NCBI RefSeq assembly: GCF_036365525.1
Contig: NC_090378.1
Coordinates: 61,271,833 to 61,335,832, forward strand
DNA: 64,000 nt
Direction of reading: 5' to 3'
DNA from: Heterodontus francisci
Taxonomy: Eukaryota
Part shown: piece by piece, positions 23,355 through 35,185 of the stretch
Numbering within the stretch: the first letter of the stretch is position 1
How the letters are laid out: every line of letters begins with the position of its first letter
Notes under the pieces: generated by a model
Seen by the model: the letters and a program-made list of their open reading frames with translations, nothing else
The model's database searches: none
What the model was told of the DNA's origin: nothing
Translations under genes and position numbers: made by a program

Positions 23355-24873
23355 TCTTTTTTTTTCTTTTGGGCCTCCTTATCTCGAGAGACAATGGATA
23401 CGCGCCTGGAGGTGGTCAGTGGTTTGTGAAGCAGCGCTGGAGTGGCTATAAAGGCCAATTCTAGAGTGACAGGCTCTTCCACAGGTGCTGCAGAGAAATT
23501 TGTTTGTCGGGGCTGTTGCACAGTTGGCTCTCCCCTTGCGCCTCTGTCTTTTTTCCTGCCAACTACTAAGTCTCTTCGACTTGCCACAATTTAGCCCTGT
23601 CTTTATGGCTGCCCACCAGCTCTGGCGAACGCTGGCAACTGACTCCCACGGCTTGTGATCAATGTCACACGATTTCATGTCGAGTTTGCAGACGTCTTTA
23701 AAGTGGAGACGTGGACGGCCGGTGGGTCTGATACCAGTGGCGAGCTTTTGTGTCTTTGGGGATCTTGCCAACTTCCTTGCGGCTCACATGGCCAAGCCAT
23801 CTCAAGCGCCGCTGACTCAGTAGTGTGTACAAGCTGGGGGTGTTGGCCGCCTCGAGGACTTCTGTGTTGGAGTTACGGTCCTGCCACCTGATGCCAAGTA
23901 ATCTCCGGAGGCAGCGAAGATGGAATGAATTGAGACGTCGCGCTTGGCTGGCATACGTTGTCCAGGCCTCGCTGCCATACAGCAAGGTACTGAGGACACA
24001 GGCCTGATACACTCAGACTTTTGTGTTCCGTGTCAGTGCGCCATTTTCCCACACCCTCTTGGCCAGTCTGGACATAGCAGTGGAAGCCTTACCCATGCGC
24101 TTGTTGATTTCTGCATCTAGAGACAGGTTACTGGTGATAGTTGAGCCTAGGTAGGTGAACTCTTGAACCACTTCCAGAGCGTGGTCGCCAGTATTGATGG
24201 ATGGAGCATTTCTGACGTCCTGCCCCATGATGTTCGTTTTCTTGAGGCTGATGGTTAGGCCAAATTCATTGCAGGCAGCCGCAAACCTGTCGATGAGACT
24301 CTGCAGGCACTCTTCAGTGTGAGATGTTAAAGCAGCATCGTCAGCAAAGAGGAGTTCCCTGATGAGGACTTTCCGTACTTTGGACTTCGCTCTTAGACGG
24401 GCAAGGTTGAACAACCTGCCCCCTGATCTTGTTTGGAGGACTTGTCACGTGAGACTCTTGAGGACTTGAACGCATGTGAAAGCAGCAGGGAGAAGAAAAT
24501 CCCAAAAAGTGTGGGTGCGAGAACACAGCCCTGTTTCACGCCACTCAGGATAGGAAAGGGCTCTGATGAGGAGCCACCATGTTGAATTGTGCCTTTCATA
24601 TTGTCATGGAATGAGGTGATGATACTTAGTAGCTTTGGTGGACATCCGATCTTTTCTAGTAGTCTGAAGAGACCACGTCTGCTGACGAGGTCAAAGGCTT
24701 TGGTGAGATCAATGAAAGCAATGTAGAGGGGCATCTGTTGTTCACGGCATTTCTCCTGATCTGACGAAGGGAGAACAGCATGTCAACGGTCGATCTCTCT
24801 GCACGAAAGCTACACTGTCCCTCAGGGTAGACGCGCTCGGCCAGCTTCTGGAGTCTGTTCAGCGCGACTCGAG
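23355..24873 (-). mobile_element. RTE-clade LINE, 5'-truncated, frameshifted
   Basis: ORF pieces PLYIAFIDLTKAFDLVSR, ELLFADDAAL and CSTCGRACHSRIGLYSH; A-rich tail at ~23355-23370. Confidence 0.92.
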
Positions 24874-25307
24874 CATGAATTTATGAGTATGAATTTATGT
24901 GGGTTTTCACCTTCTCGTCCATCGTAACTTTGGTGGGGGTGCTATAGAAATCCCTAGTGACCCCGTAGTCCAGATCAATGCAGCCTGAAGATGCCAGAAA
25001 AAGTCTCAAAGGGCATTTATTATTTTGAGGGAAGTAGCAATGACTGCTTCCATAGATGCCCTGAAGAACACCTTAGTTCTGGGCTTTCAGTACTTAATTC
25101 AAAATATACTGCCTGATCTTATGCAAATAAGCACAAAACTAATGAGTTATACGGAAAAGGTGCAAAAGCCGTTGCTTCTCAAGGCAGTGACAATATGCTG
25201 TCATTAATGCAACCCTCTCCAATGTCAGGATGGAGGGAGCTTGTAGTCTGGTCCCAGTAGGCATTGGACACACAAGTGACACGGCACCAGAGCAAATCCA
25301 TTAATGG

Positions 25308-25488
25308 AATAAAAGCAAAAATACTGTGGATGCTGGAAATCTGAAATAAAAACAGAAACTGCTGGAAATACTCAGCAGGTCAGGCAACATCTGTGGAGAG
25401 AGAAACAGAGTTAACCTGAAACGTTAACTCTGTTTCTCTCTGCAGATGCTGCCAGACCTGCTGAGATTTTCCAGCCCTTTTTGTTATG
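25308..25488. mobile_element. Palindromic Penelope-derived mini-element with TSD
   Basis: 11-bp TSD TCCATTAATGG at 25297-25307 and 25489-25499. Fold-back arms ...CATCTGTGGAGAGAGAAACAGAGTTAAC / GTTAACTCTGTTTCTCTCTGCAGATG... Confidence 0.8.
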
Positions 25489-26034
25489 TCCATTAATGGT
25501 GTTGGCATTGATAAGGCAAGTACCACTTCATTCATTGAAGGCTTCATCGGTACACTCCCAGTCACAAACCTCACAACCTGACACTGAGGTAGGTTAGTAT
25601 CACGGGTGGAAAGAGTTTTAGGCACAAAGGGCAGTCACAGTGATATCAAGCAGCAGTAGTAATAGGGCATAATGAAGAGACAAAATGGTGGCACACATGT
25701 ACATTATTTGCAATTCAATATGTTTGTGTATTTTTTCTAGGGAATTTTCCTGTTATCCCTTTTATATGATAGTAAATGTTTGTAACTATCCTCTCCCAGA
25801 GAGAATATTAGAAGTAGTACAGTTTAGATGAAAGGTTGTCTATGAATATGGCAAGGGATCGTGAAGGACTTCATTTTGAATGGGGCAGCCCTTTTTATTG
25901 GAAGAAGTTGGTGGTATTCTCTTGCCTAATGGCCTGTGCTGTTGGCAGCAGAATATCTGGGCCAGCCTCCGGTCTCTACTACCTTTGCCGTAAACAGGGG
26001 ATTGGTCTCCAAATCCTTCCTCTTCACCTTCTAT

Positions 26035-26520
26035 GATTGGAAGGCCCAACTTGGAGGGACAGTATGAATCATCATTTAGAAACGTACAGATTAATCAAGA
26101 ACAGCCAGCATGGATTTGCCAAAGGAAGATCATATCTGACTATCCTGATCAATTTTTTTGAGGAGATAACAAGGAGGGTTGCTGAGGGTGGTGCATATGT
26201 AGCCTACATGGATTTTAGCAAGGCTTTTGACACAGTCCCACATAGCAGTCTGATCAAAAAAGTAACAGTCCATTGGATCCAAGAGAAAGTGGCAAGTTGA
26301 ATCCAAAATTGGCTCAGTGGCAGGAAGCAAAGGGTAATGGTCAATGGATGTTTTTGTAACTGTTTTCAGTGGGATTTCACAGGGCTCGGTACTAGGTCCC
26401 TTGCTATTCATGGGATGTATCAATGATTTGGACTTAAATGTGGGGAGCATGGTTAACAAGTTTTCAGATGATACAAAAATTGGCCATGTAGTTAATAGTG
26501 AGGAAGAAAGCTGCTGGTAA
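26035..26520 (+). mobile_element. CR1 RT fragment
   Basis: SQHGFAKGRSYLT and YMDFSKAFDTVPH in ORF 26037-26300. Confidence 0.8.
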
Positions 26521-26597
26521 TGTAATGGAGCAGCTGGAAATTTAAAGCTCAGAGACCTCCCAAGATAAAAATAGCAGCATCCGGGAAATGTATGCCC

Positions 26598-26853
26598 ATT
26601 CCGGGAGAACCATGCCCCATTCTGGGAGAGCTTTACCCATTCCGGGAGAACCATGCCCCATTCTGGGAGAGCCTTACCCATTCCGGGAGAACCATGCCCC
26701 ATTCTGGGAGAGCCTTACCCATTCCGGGAGAACCATGCCCCATTCTGGGAGAGCCTTACCCATTCTGGGAGAACCATGCCCCATTCTGGGAGGGCCTTAC
26801 CCATTCCGGGAGAACCATGCCCCATTCTGGGAGAGCCTTACCCATTCCGGGAG
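26598..26853. repeat. 41-bp tandem repeat (~6.2 copies) built from alternating 21- and 20-bp related subunits
   Basis: Unit ATTCCGGGAGAACCATGCCCC + ATTCTGGGAGAGCCTTACCC. Confidence 0.92.
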
Positions 26854-27059
26854 GGCTGACGATCCTGCAACCTATACTATTTTCTATTGTCATATATCAT
26901 TATTTAGGGCTGTTTCAGAGATGTCAGGTTTGATACTTGAAGCTCTTGGGCAGCTTTTGCCAGTTTTCTAGGTTTTTATTTATGCACTTCAGAAAACTTA
27001 AGACTAACACTTAAAGCAACAATTTACTCAGCAAAAATGGCACGAACAGTCAAGTCCGA

Positions 27060-27110
27060 ACTCCCGCCCACCAAACAGGGGAAGCAGCGCTCCTATCACG
27101 TGACAAGAGC
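27060..27110 (+). promoter_or_regulatory. Probable CpG-rich promoter of the ISY1-like gene
   Basis: GC box CCCGCCC (27063-27069) and E-box TCACGTGAC (27096-27104), ~220 bp upstream of the ATG. Confidence 0.5.
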
Positions 27111-27152
27111 GTCTTTCTGGAGTCACGGGTGACGACACAGAACCAAACTCCA

Positions 27153-27283
27153 GGATCGCGGGAATGTGGAAGACTCGGAGACAGAGAAGGATCGCGGGAA
27201 TGTGGAGGACTCGGAGACAGAGAAGGATCGCGGGAATGTGGAGGACTCGGAGACAGAGAAGGATCGCGGGAATGTGGAGGACT
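27153..27283 (+). repeat. 36-bp tandem repeat (~3.6 copies) in the presumed 5' UTR
   Basis: Unit GGATCGCGGGAATGTGGAGGACTCGGAGACAGAGAA starting at 27153, 27189, 27225 and 27261. Confidence 0.92.
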
Positions 27284-27314
27284 GCTTTGGTGTGATGGTA
27301 GAGGCGGTGAACTG

Positions 27315-27381
27315 ATGGCTCGCAATGAAGAGAAACAGTTGGGGAAGCTAAACCGATTGTGGTTGCAGAGGGAGAAAGAAG
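27315..27381 (+). CDS. ISY1-like uncharacterised protein, coding exon 1 (MARNEEKQLGKLNRLWLQREKE-)
   Basis: ATG at 27315 and donor G|GTGAAG (phase 1); joins in frame to exons 2-5. Confidence 0.82.
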
Positions 27382-27589
27382 GTGAAGGAATCTGCTGCTG
27401 TTCATTTGTATTACTATCTGTTACGGAATAAATAAATGGAAGAAGGAGGCTTTTGAAATGTGGCTTGGTGACAAGGAGTTGGCAGTGCCTGAGAGCGGCT
27501 CCCCGGGAGGATTGCACAGTTCAGGCACTCTCAGCAGCATCTTTGGGTTTGATTTGCCCTATTGTGCTGGGATTCAGTTCCGTAGGACT

Positions 27590-30500
27590 CTCCTCTGTCT
27601 CCCCGCCCCCCCATTCCCCCACTCCTGTCTTCTCTCCCCCCCACCCCCACTCCTGTCTTTTCTCTCCCCCCCCCCACCCCCACTCCTGTCTTCTCTCCCC
27701 CCCCACCCCCACTCCTGTCTTCTCTCCCCCCCCCACCCCCACTCCTGTCTTCTCTCCCCCCCCCCACCCCCACTCCTGTCTTCTCTCCCCCCCCCACCCC
27801 CACTCCTGTCTTCTCTCCCCCCCCCACCCCCACTCCTGTCTTCTCTCCCCCCCCCCACCCCCACTCCTGTCTTCTCTCCCCCCCCCACCCCCACTCCTGT
27901 CTTCTCTCCCCCCCCCACCCCCACTCCTGTCTTCTCTCCCCCTCCCACCCCCACTCCTGTCTTCTCTCCCCCCCCCCACCCCCACTCCTGTCTTCTCTCC
28001 CCCCCCACCCCCACTCCTGTCTTCTCTCCCCCCCCACCCCCACTCCTGTCTTCTCTCCCCCCCACCCCCACTCCTGTCTTCTCTCCCCCCCCACCCCCAC
28101 TCCTGTCTTCTCTCCCCCCCACCCCCACTCCTGTCTTCTCTCCCCCCCACCCCCACTCCTGTCTTCTCTCCCCCCCCACCCCCACTCCTGTCTTCTCTCC
28201 CCCCCCACCCCCACTCCTGTCTTCTCTCCCCCCCCCAACCCCACTCCTGTCTTCTCTCCCCCCCCCCACCCCCACTCCTGTCTTCTCTCCCCCCCCCCCA
28301 CCCCCACTCCTGTCTTCTCTCCCCCCCCCCCCACCCCCACTCCTGTCTTCTCTCCCCCCCCCCCCACCCCCACTCCTGTCTTCTCTCCCCCCCCCACCCC
28401 CACTCCTGTCTTCTCTCCCCCCCCACCCCCACTCCTGTCTTCTCTCCCCCCCCCACCCCCACTCCTGTCTTCTCTCCCCCCCCACCCCCACTCCTGTCTT
28501 CTCTCCCCCCCCACCCCCACTCCTGTCTTCTCTCCCCCCCCACCCCCACTCCTGTCTTCTCTCCCCCCCCACCCCCACCCCCACTCCTGTCTTCTCTCCC
28601 CCCCCACCCCCACCCCCACTCCTGTCTTCTCTCCCCCCCCACCCCCACTCCTGTCTTCTCTCCCCCCCCCACCCCCACTCCTGTCTTCTCTCCCTCCCCC
28701 ACCCCCACTCCTGTCTTCTCTCCCCCCCCCCCCACCCCCACTCCTGTCTTCTCTCCCCCCCCACCCCCACTCCTGTCTTCTCTCCCCCCCCACCCCCACT
28801 CCTGTCTTCTCTCCCCCCCCACCCCCACTCCTGTCTTCTCTCCCCCCCCACCCCCACTCCTGTCTTCTCTCCCCCCCCACCCCCACTCCTGTCTTCTCTC
28901 CCCCCCCACCCCCACTCCTGTCTTCTCTCCCCCCCCCCCCCCACCCCCACTCCTGTCTTCTCTCCCCCCCCCACCCCCACTCCTGTCTTCTCTCCCCCCC
29001 CCACCCCCACTCCTGTCTTCTCTCCCCCCCCCACCCCCACTCCTGTCTTCTCTCCCCCCCCCACCCCCACTCCTGTCTTCTCTCCCCCCCCCACCCCCAC
29101 TCCTGTCTTCTCTCCCCCCCCCACCCCCACTCCTGTCTTCTCTCCCCCCCCCACCCCCACTCCTGTCTTCTCTCCCCCCCCCACCCCCACTCCTGTCTTC
29201 TCTCCCCCCCCCACCCCCACTCCTGTCTTCTCTCCCCCCCCCACCCCCACTCCTGTCTTCTCTCCCCCCCCCACCCCCACTCCTGTCTTCTCTCCCCCCC
29301 CCACCCCCACTCCTGTCTTCTCTCCCCCCCCCACCCCCACTCCTGTCTTCTCTCCCCCCCCCCACCCCCACTCCTGTCTTCTCTCCCCCCCCCACCCCCA
29401 CTCCTGTCTTCTCTCCCCCCCCCACCCCCACTCCTGTCTTCTCTCCCCCCCCCCACCCCCACTCCTGTCTTCTCTCCCCCCCCACCCCCACTCCTGTCTT
29501 CTCTCCCCCCCCCACCCCCACTGCTGTCTTCTCTCCCCCCCCCCACCCCCACTCCTGTCTTCTCTCCCCCCCCCACCCCCACTCCTGTCTTCTCTCCCCC
29601 CCCCACCCCCACTCCTGTCTTCTCTCCCCCCCCCACCCCCACTCCTGTCTTCTCTCCCCCCCCACCCCCACTCCTGTCTTCTCTCCCCCCCCCCCCACCC
29701 CCACTCCTGTCTTCTCTCCCACCCCCACCCCCACTCCTGTCTTCTCCCCCCACCCCCACCCCTGTCTTCTCTCCCCCCACCCCCACCCCTGTCTTCTCTC
29801 CCCCCACCCCCACCCCTGTCTTCTCTCCCCCCACCCCCACCCCTGTCTTCTCTCCCCCCACCCCCACCCCTGTCTTCTCTCCCCCCACCCCCACCCCTGT
29901 CTTCTCTCCCCCCACCCCCACTCCTGTCTTCTCTCCCCCCACCCCCACTCCTGTCTTCTCTCCCCCCACCCCCACTCCTGTCTTCTCTCCCCCCACCCCC
30001 ACTCCTGTCTTCTCTCCCCCCACCCCCACTCCTGTCTTCTCTCCCCCCACCCCCACTCCTGTCTTCTCTCCCCCCACCCCCACTCCTGTCTTCTCTCCCC
30101 CCACCCCCACTCCTGTCTTCTCTCCCCCCACCCCCACTCCTGTCTTCTCTCCCCCCACCCCCACTCCTGTCTTCTCTCCCCCCACCCCCACTCCTGTCTT
30201 CTCTCCCCCCACCCCCACTCCTGTCTTCTCTCCCCCCACCCCCACTCCTGTCTTCTCTCCCCCCACCCCCACTCCTGTCTTCTCTCCCCCCACCCCCACT
30301 CCTGTCTTCTCTCCCCCCACCCCCACTCCTGTCTTCTCTCCCCCCACCCCCACTCCTGTCTTCTCTCCCCCCACCCCCACTCCTGTCTTCTCTCCCCCCA
30401 CCCCCACTCCTGTCTTCTCTCCCCCCACCCCCACTCCTGTCTTCTCTCCCCCCACCCCCACTCCTGTCTTCTCTCCCCCCACCCCCACTCCTGTCTTCTC

Positions 30501-31137
30501 TCCCCCCACCCCCACTCCTGTCTTCTCTCCCCCCACCCCCACTCCTGTCTTCTCTCCCCCCACCCCCACTCCTGTCTTCTCTCCCCCCCCACCCCCACTC
30601 CTGTCTTCTCTCCCCCCCCACCCCCACTCCTGTCTTCTCTCCCCCCCCACCCCCACTCCTGTCTTCTCTCCCCCCCCACCCCCACTCCTGTCTTCTCTCC
30701 CCCCACCCCCACTCCTGTCTTCTCTCCCCCCCCACCCCCACTCCTGTCTTCTCTCCCCCCCCACCCCCACTCCTGTCTCCTCTCCCCCCACCCCCACCCC
30801 CACCCCCACTCCTGTCTTCTCTTCCTCTCCCCCCACCCCCACCCCCACTCCTGTCTTCTCTTCCTCTCCCCCCACCCCCACCCCCACTCCTGTCTTCTCT
30901 TCCTCTCCCCCCACCCCCACCCCCACTCCTGTCTTCTCTTCCTCTCCCCCCACCCCCACCCCCACTCCTGTCTTCTCTTCCTCTCCCCCCACCCCCACCC
31001 CCACTCCTGTCTTCTCTTCCTCTCCCCCCACCCCCACCCCCACTCCTGTCTTCTCTTCCTCTCCCCCCCCCCCCACCCCCACTCCTGTCTTCTCTTCCCC
31101 CCCCCCACCCCCACCCCCACTCCTGTCTTCTCTTTCC
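27590..31137. repeat. ~3.5-kb C-rich minisatellite (27-39-bp units) in intron 1 of the ISY1-like gene
   Basis: Unit CCCCACTCCTGTCTTCTCT(C)nA with variable C-run and homogeneous sub-blocks of 30, 27 and 39 bp. Confidence 0.97.
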
Positions 31138-32154
31138 CGTAGTGAAGTGTTGGTAATATTACCCTTAACTGCATAATTTAGTTTGATTTTAGGTTGACTG
31201 TAGTTTAGGAGTTCAGTGCCAGCTCTGCAATTTGACTGCATTCAAATGCTAAGGCTCAACATTTGCTTCATCAAATATTAGCATAAGCAATTGCCCCCTT
31301 CTTCCAGCATGTACTTATGGGATACTCGCAGCCTGCATGGAACTGCCATTTTTTTGTGATTAACACTGCATGTCATAATCTCTCTTGGTTTCCCTACAAA
31401 CATTGAGTAGCAAGGGTGTGAGGAGTTGTGTTTATGATTTCAGGCTCCCAGTTTTGTAAGTAACAAGAATGCAATGGTCCTGATCTGCATAGCCGCCATG
31501 CTGTGCGAGTTTTAAAAAAAAAATTCCAACCAAATTTTTGATCCCTACCATCTGATCCTGACCTATTTATAAAAAAAAGTTTGTTTTGTGCAAATGTAAT
31601 AGAATAAAAATTCAAAGAAATGTGTGTCAAAGTATGACACAGCACCTAGTTTTAGATATTTTATTTACTGATCAAATGTTATGTTTATTTTGAATGTTTG
31701 GGAATATGAAATATCAGAGTTGAAGTAATATACATAAACCACAAGGGTAAAGCTCTTGAAGGGTTTATGGCTGTTATTTGAGCTTTGAAGTTAAATATCT
31801 GTTTTTTGCTTTTTTTCAATCTTTTATTTAAGAACATTACCTTTAATAAAGTGAAAAGGAAAAGGCTTTTCAAAAAAAACTTTCAATCTGGACATCAGTG
31901 TACAGATCAACCGCAATGAAGGCTCCAATGATGAGTCACTGCTGGCAAAATAACTGACAACATAATTCTGACAAACATAATTATAAAGTCGAAATGTATT
32001 TTTTTGGTTCAAATGGTGGCTGTGAACCACTCTAACTTCACGTAACATTATCTATACTCCTTTTTCCAACACCAATGACTGTTGTCAGCTCCAAATGCTT
32101 GGAACTACTGAGTATTACTGAAATTGGAGGGTATGGTGCAATTTTAGTGGTTGC

Positions 32155-32580
32155 TGTGCTCACCCCTGTGTTCACTGACCTACATTGGCTCCTCTTTCGG
32201 CAACAACTTGATTTTTAAAATTCTCATCTTTGTTTTCCAATTCCCCTATGTTCTTCTCCTCCCTATCTCTGTAATCCCCTCTAGCCCTCAGATCTCTGTG
32301 CTTCTCTAATTCTGGCCTGTTGCGCATCCTAGATTTTCTTTGCTTCACCATTGGCAGCCATGCTTTCAGCTATCTAGGCTCTGTTCTGGAATTCCCTCGC
32401 TAAATCACTCTACCCCTCTCTACTCTTTTAAAACGCTTCATAGAACTGATCTGATCAAGCTTTTGGTCACTTGTCCTAATATCTCTGTGGCGCAATGCCA
32501 AATATTGTTTGATAACGGTCCTGTGAAGCACCTTGGGTTGTTTTATTACATTAAAGGCACGATATACATGCAAGTTGTTG
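32155..32580 (+). mobile_element. L2-clade LINE 3' end
   Basis: CTCACCCCTGTGTTCACTGACCTACATTGGCTCC ... GTGAAGCACCTTGGG ... ATGCAAGTTGTTGTT tail. Confidence 0.75.
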
Positions 32581-32629
32581 TTAGACAGTAGTATATTAAA
32601 GGATATAATCACTTGTTTTTGTTCAATAG

Positions 32630-32670
32630 AGGGTCGCCTGAGAGACATACGTCAAAACCGACCCAGACTA
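32630..32670 (+). CDS. ISY1-like protein, coding exon 2 (-EGRLRDIRQNRPRL)
   Basis: Acceptor TTGTTTTTGTTCAATAG and donor GTGAGT; 41 nt, phase 1 to 0. Confidence 0.82.
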
Positions 32671-33939
32671 GTGAGTAAGCATACCATTTTTTTGGGCTTC
32701 TTAAGCTGCAGTTTTATAATTGACCAGTAACACATTTGACTGGGAAAGTGAACCAAGATTGCTGTGGTCCAGTTCATGTAACAACTTCTTGCAAGTGGTG
32801 AGTGTTGCCATCTCCCACTTAACAATAAGATTCAAATACTGGTGGCTTTTTCCATTTTGGCACTTGGGTTTCTAAATATTAACCTTGGTTCAGTTTTTCT
32901 TCATATCTGATATCAGCAACTTCGTGCTGGTAGGAGCTTTCTGCTACTGTGCCATACCTTTCACAATGTTTTTAAATGTGATCTTTCAATAATGTGGAAG
33001 GCAGACTCCTGTTGGTAGTATATTACTGTACCACAATGCAGCAAAAAACAATAATAGTCAACCTGCCCATTCTGAGTTTTCTTCTACATCTGGCAGTGCT
33101 ACAATAACAAATTTATTAAGAGCATTTAGAATGCTATGCAAAAGCTTAGATGTAGGGAGGTGTTTGAGATTGCATACAAACTTCTTTGTTTACCATACCC
33201 AAAACTAAGAATTAACATACATATTTGCAATTTCTGTACCAATGGTCATTTGTTCGAATTTCCTCCACTCCATTTGTGTTCAGAGGCTGAGATGCATGTT
33301 TTTTTTCCTGTGCTCCTACTTCAAATAAATACACTGTAAAGAATAGGAAGAAATTTGCATTTATATGGCACTTTTCACAACCTCAGGATGTTCCAAAGCG
33401 CTTCACAGCCAATAAATTATTTTTGAAGTGTAGTCACTGTTGCAATGGTTCTTTTTCTGAACTTGTACAGTAGGTTTTGAAATAAACACTTGGCATGTCA
33501 AAAAGTACTGCAAAAAATCTTCAGAAATGGCTTATACTGGTATTGCAGAATTGACTGTAGAAGCTTCCTGTTTGCAACACAGTTCTGCTGCAGATTTCAC
33601 CTGTACCTGCCATAGCAACAGCCAATCAAAAATTCTTTTTGATGATTCGATTAATGGTGTGTATAATGTTGCTGTCAGTGTAAAGTCGCAGTGTGCTTAT
33701 TAATATTTATAATTTAAATGTTATAGGAAAGTGTCATTGATTTAATCTGAGTGCTTTAAATTGTCTGAATTCATGCTTTTTAATTCACTGAGAGGTACAT
33801 TTTCAATACTAATGCAATATAATGGACTGTTTTAGTACTTTGCCCTAAAACCAACTAAGTTAATGCATGGAAAAATGGGTATTACAGGTGATCACTTTCC
33901 ATTTAGTGGTAAATTGAACTTTTGGTATCTTATTTGTAG

Positions 33940-34014
33940 TCTTCCTTGAATTCAGCTGTTGAAGTGAAAAAATGGATTCCAAGTATCAAGACTGAGATGG
34001 AGTATTATCTTCAG
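33940..34014 (+). CDS. ISY1-like protein, coding exon 3 (SSLNSAVEVKKWIPSIKTEMEYYLQ)
   Basis: Acceptor TCTTATTTGTAG and donor CAG|GTGAAT; 75 nt, phase 0 to 0. Confidence 0.85.
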
Positions 34015-34986
34015 GTGAATAATTCTGTTTATGAAAGGGACAATGTTTCACTGCTGGGGCAAACAAAATCCCCTCTTCAACAGTGTCAACTCATCATTTG
34101 ATGGTGAAAGTTTTGAAAGTATTAAACACAGTTCATGAATGTTTGTTTCCATTTTGCCTTGGAATAGAATTAAACTATATTTGTGCAGTTAACCTTCTTT
34201 CGAGGAGCTGAATCAAGATGGCCAAAACCTATTTTACATTGGACTTTGGGTTTTTAAGATTCCACAGATGACATTTTTACTTTGGAGTTGTATCTAGGGA
34301 GTTTCTTTATAATGGATTCTGCTCTAGGAATACAGTGTATACAGGCAGATTTGTGGTGTAGACCACTTCTTGCTACAAATGGGTTGATAGTGCTGAAACT
34401 CATTTCTAGTTAGATATAGTTCTTGGAGCTAATGGGATCAAGGGATACGGGGAGAAAGCGGGAACAGGTTACTGAGTTTGGCTGATCAGCCATGTTCGTA
34501 TTGAATGGCGGAGCAGGCTCGAAGGGCCGAATGGCCTACTCCTATTTTTCTGTGTTTCTAGGAACCTTGCAGACAGCATCAAGATGAGATATTCATCTCA
34601 TCACTCTGCACTGGATTCAAAACAAAAGTCCCAGAGATGAAAACGCTGTCTCCCAAATTGTAATACCCACCGTTTCAGTGCAACCTTTAATAGCTCAAAT
34701 GAGTCCAATTTAAAGAAAGATATGTGAAAGCAATGTTGGTCACTAAACATTTGGTTAAGTAGAAAATAATTTTTGTTTGCTAAGATTCTTTGTTAACCAA
34801 ATTACTTGGGCCTTTTGCTTTCATTAAAAATATATTTTGTAGGGTTTGTTATATATGTAATATAGGGTGTACTAACTTGTTTTATGTACATGTCTGGGTG
34901 TGTGGTTTAACAGGAAATTAAAGTGTTAATAAATTAAGTCATATTTTGGTGATGTAATAAAAGGAAATGTTTTCACTGCTTTACAG

Positions 34987-35185
34987 CAATCACAACTATC
35001 CCATTACTCAGAAAGGAAGATAAAGGAATTCCAGGATCACATTGAAGAACTTCAGAAGGAGTATCAGCATTATTTGTGGAAGCTGCGTCGGTTAGACCCT
35101 TCCCACAAGGAACACCCTTGGAAACCCCGTGCTTACACCCGGAAAAGACCATCTAACTCTGCAATGCCGACCATCAGCCAACTGG
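34987..35185 (+). CDS. ISY1-like protein, coding exon 4 (QSQLSHYSERKIKEFQDHIEELQKEYQHYLWKLRRLDPSHKEHPWKPRAYTRKRP...)
   Basis: Acceptor TTTCACTGCTTTACAG, open frame, donor G|GTATTA; 199 nt, phase 0 to 1. Confidence 0.83.

Noticed and set aside
24436-24465. Short replacement in the RTE copy containing TCACGTGACAAG, which also occurs at the promoter E-box (27096)
   Set aside because: A 12-bp match is expected by chance in 64 kb. The patch is flanked by a 9-bp direct repeat and looks like a local repair scar.
26580-27290. Tandem repeats resembling a CRISPR array
   Set aside because: The units abut directly with no unique spacers, there are no cas genes, and the context is eukaryotic.
27453-31241. 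Five ORFs of 1055-1236 aa (Pro-rich or Gly-rich) on both strands
   Set aside because: They are translations of a stop-free minisatellite lying in an intron; nearly every frame is open, which marks an artefact.
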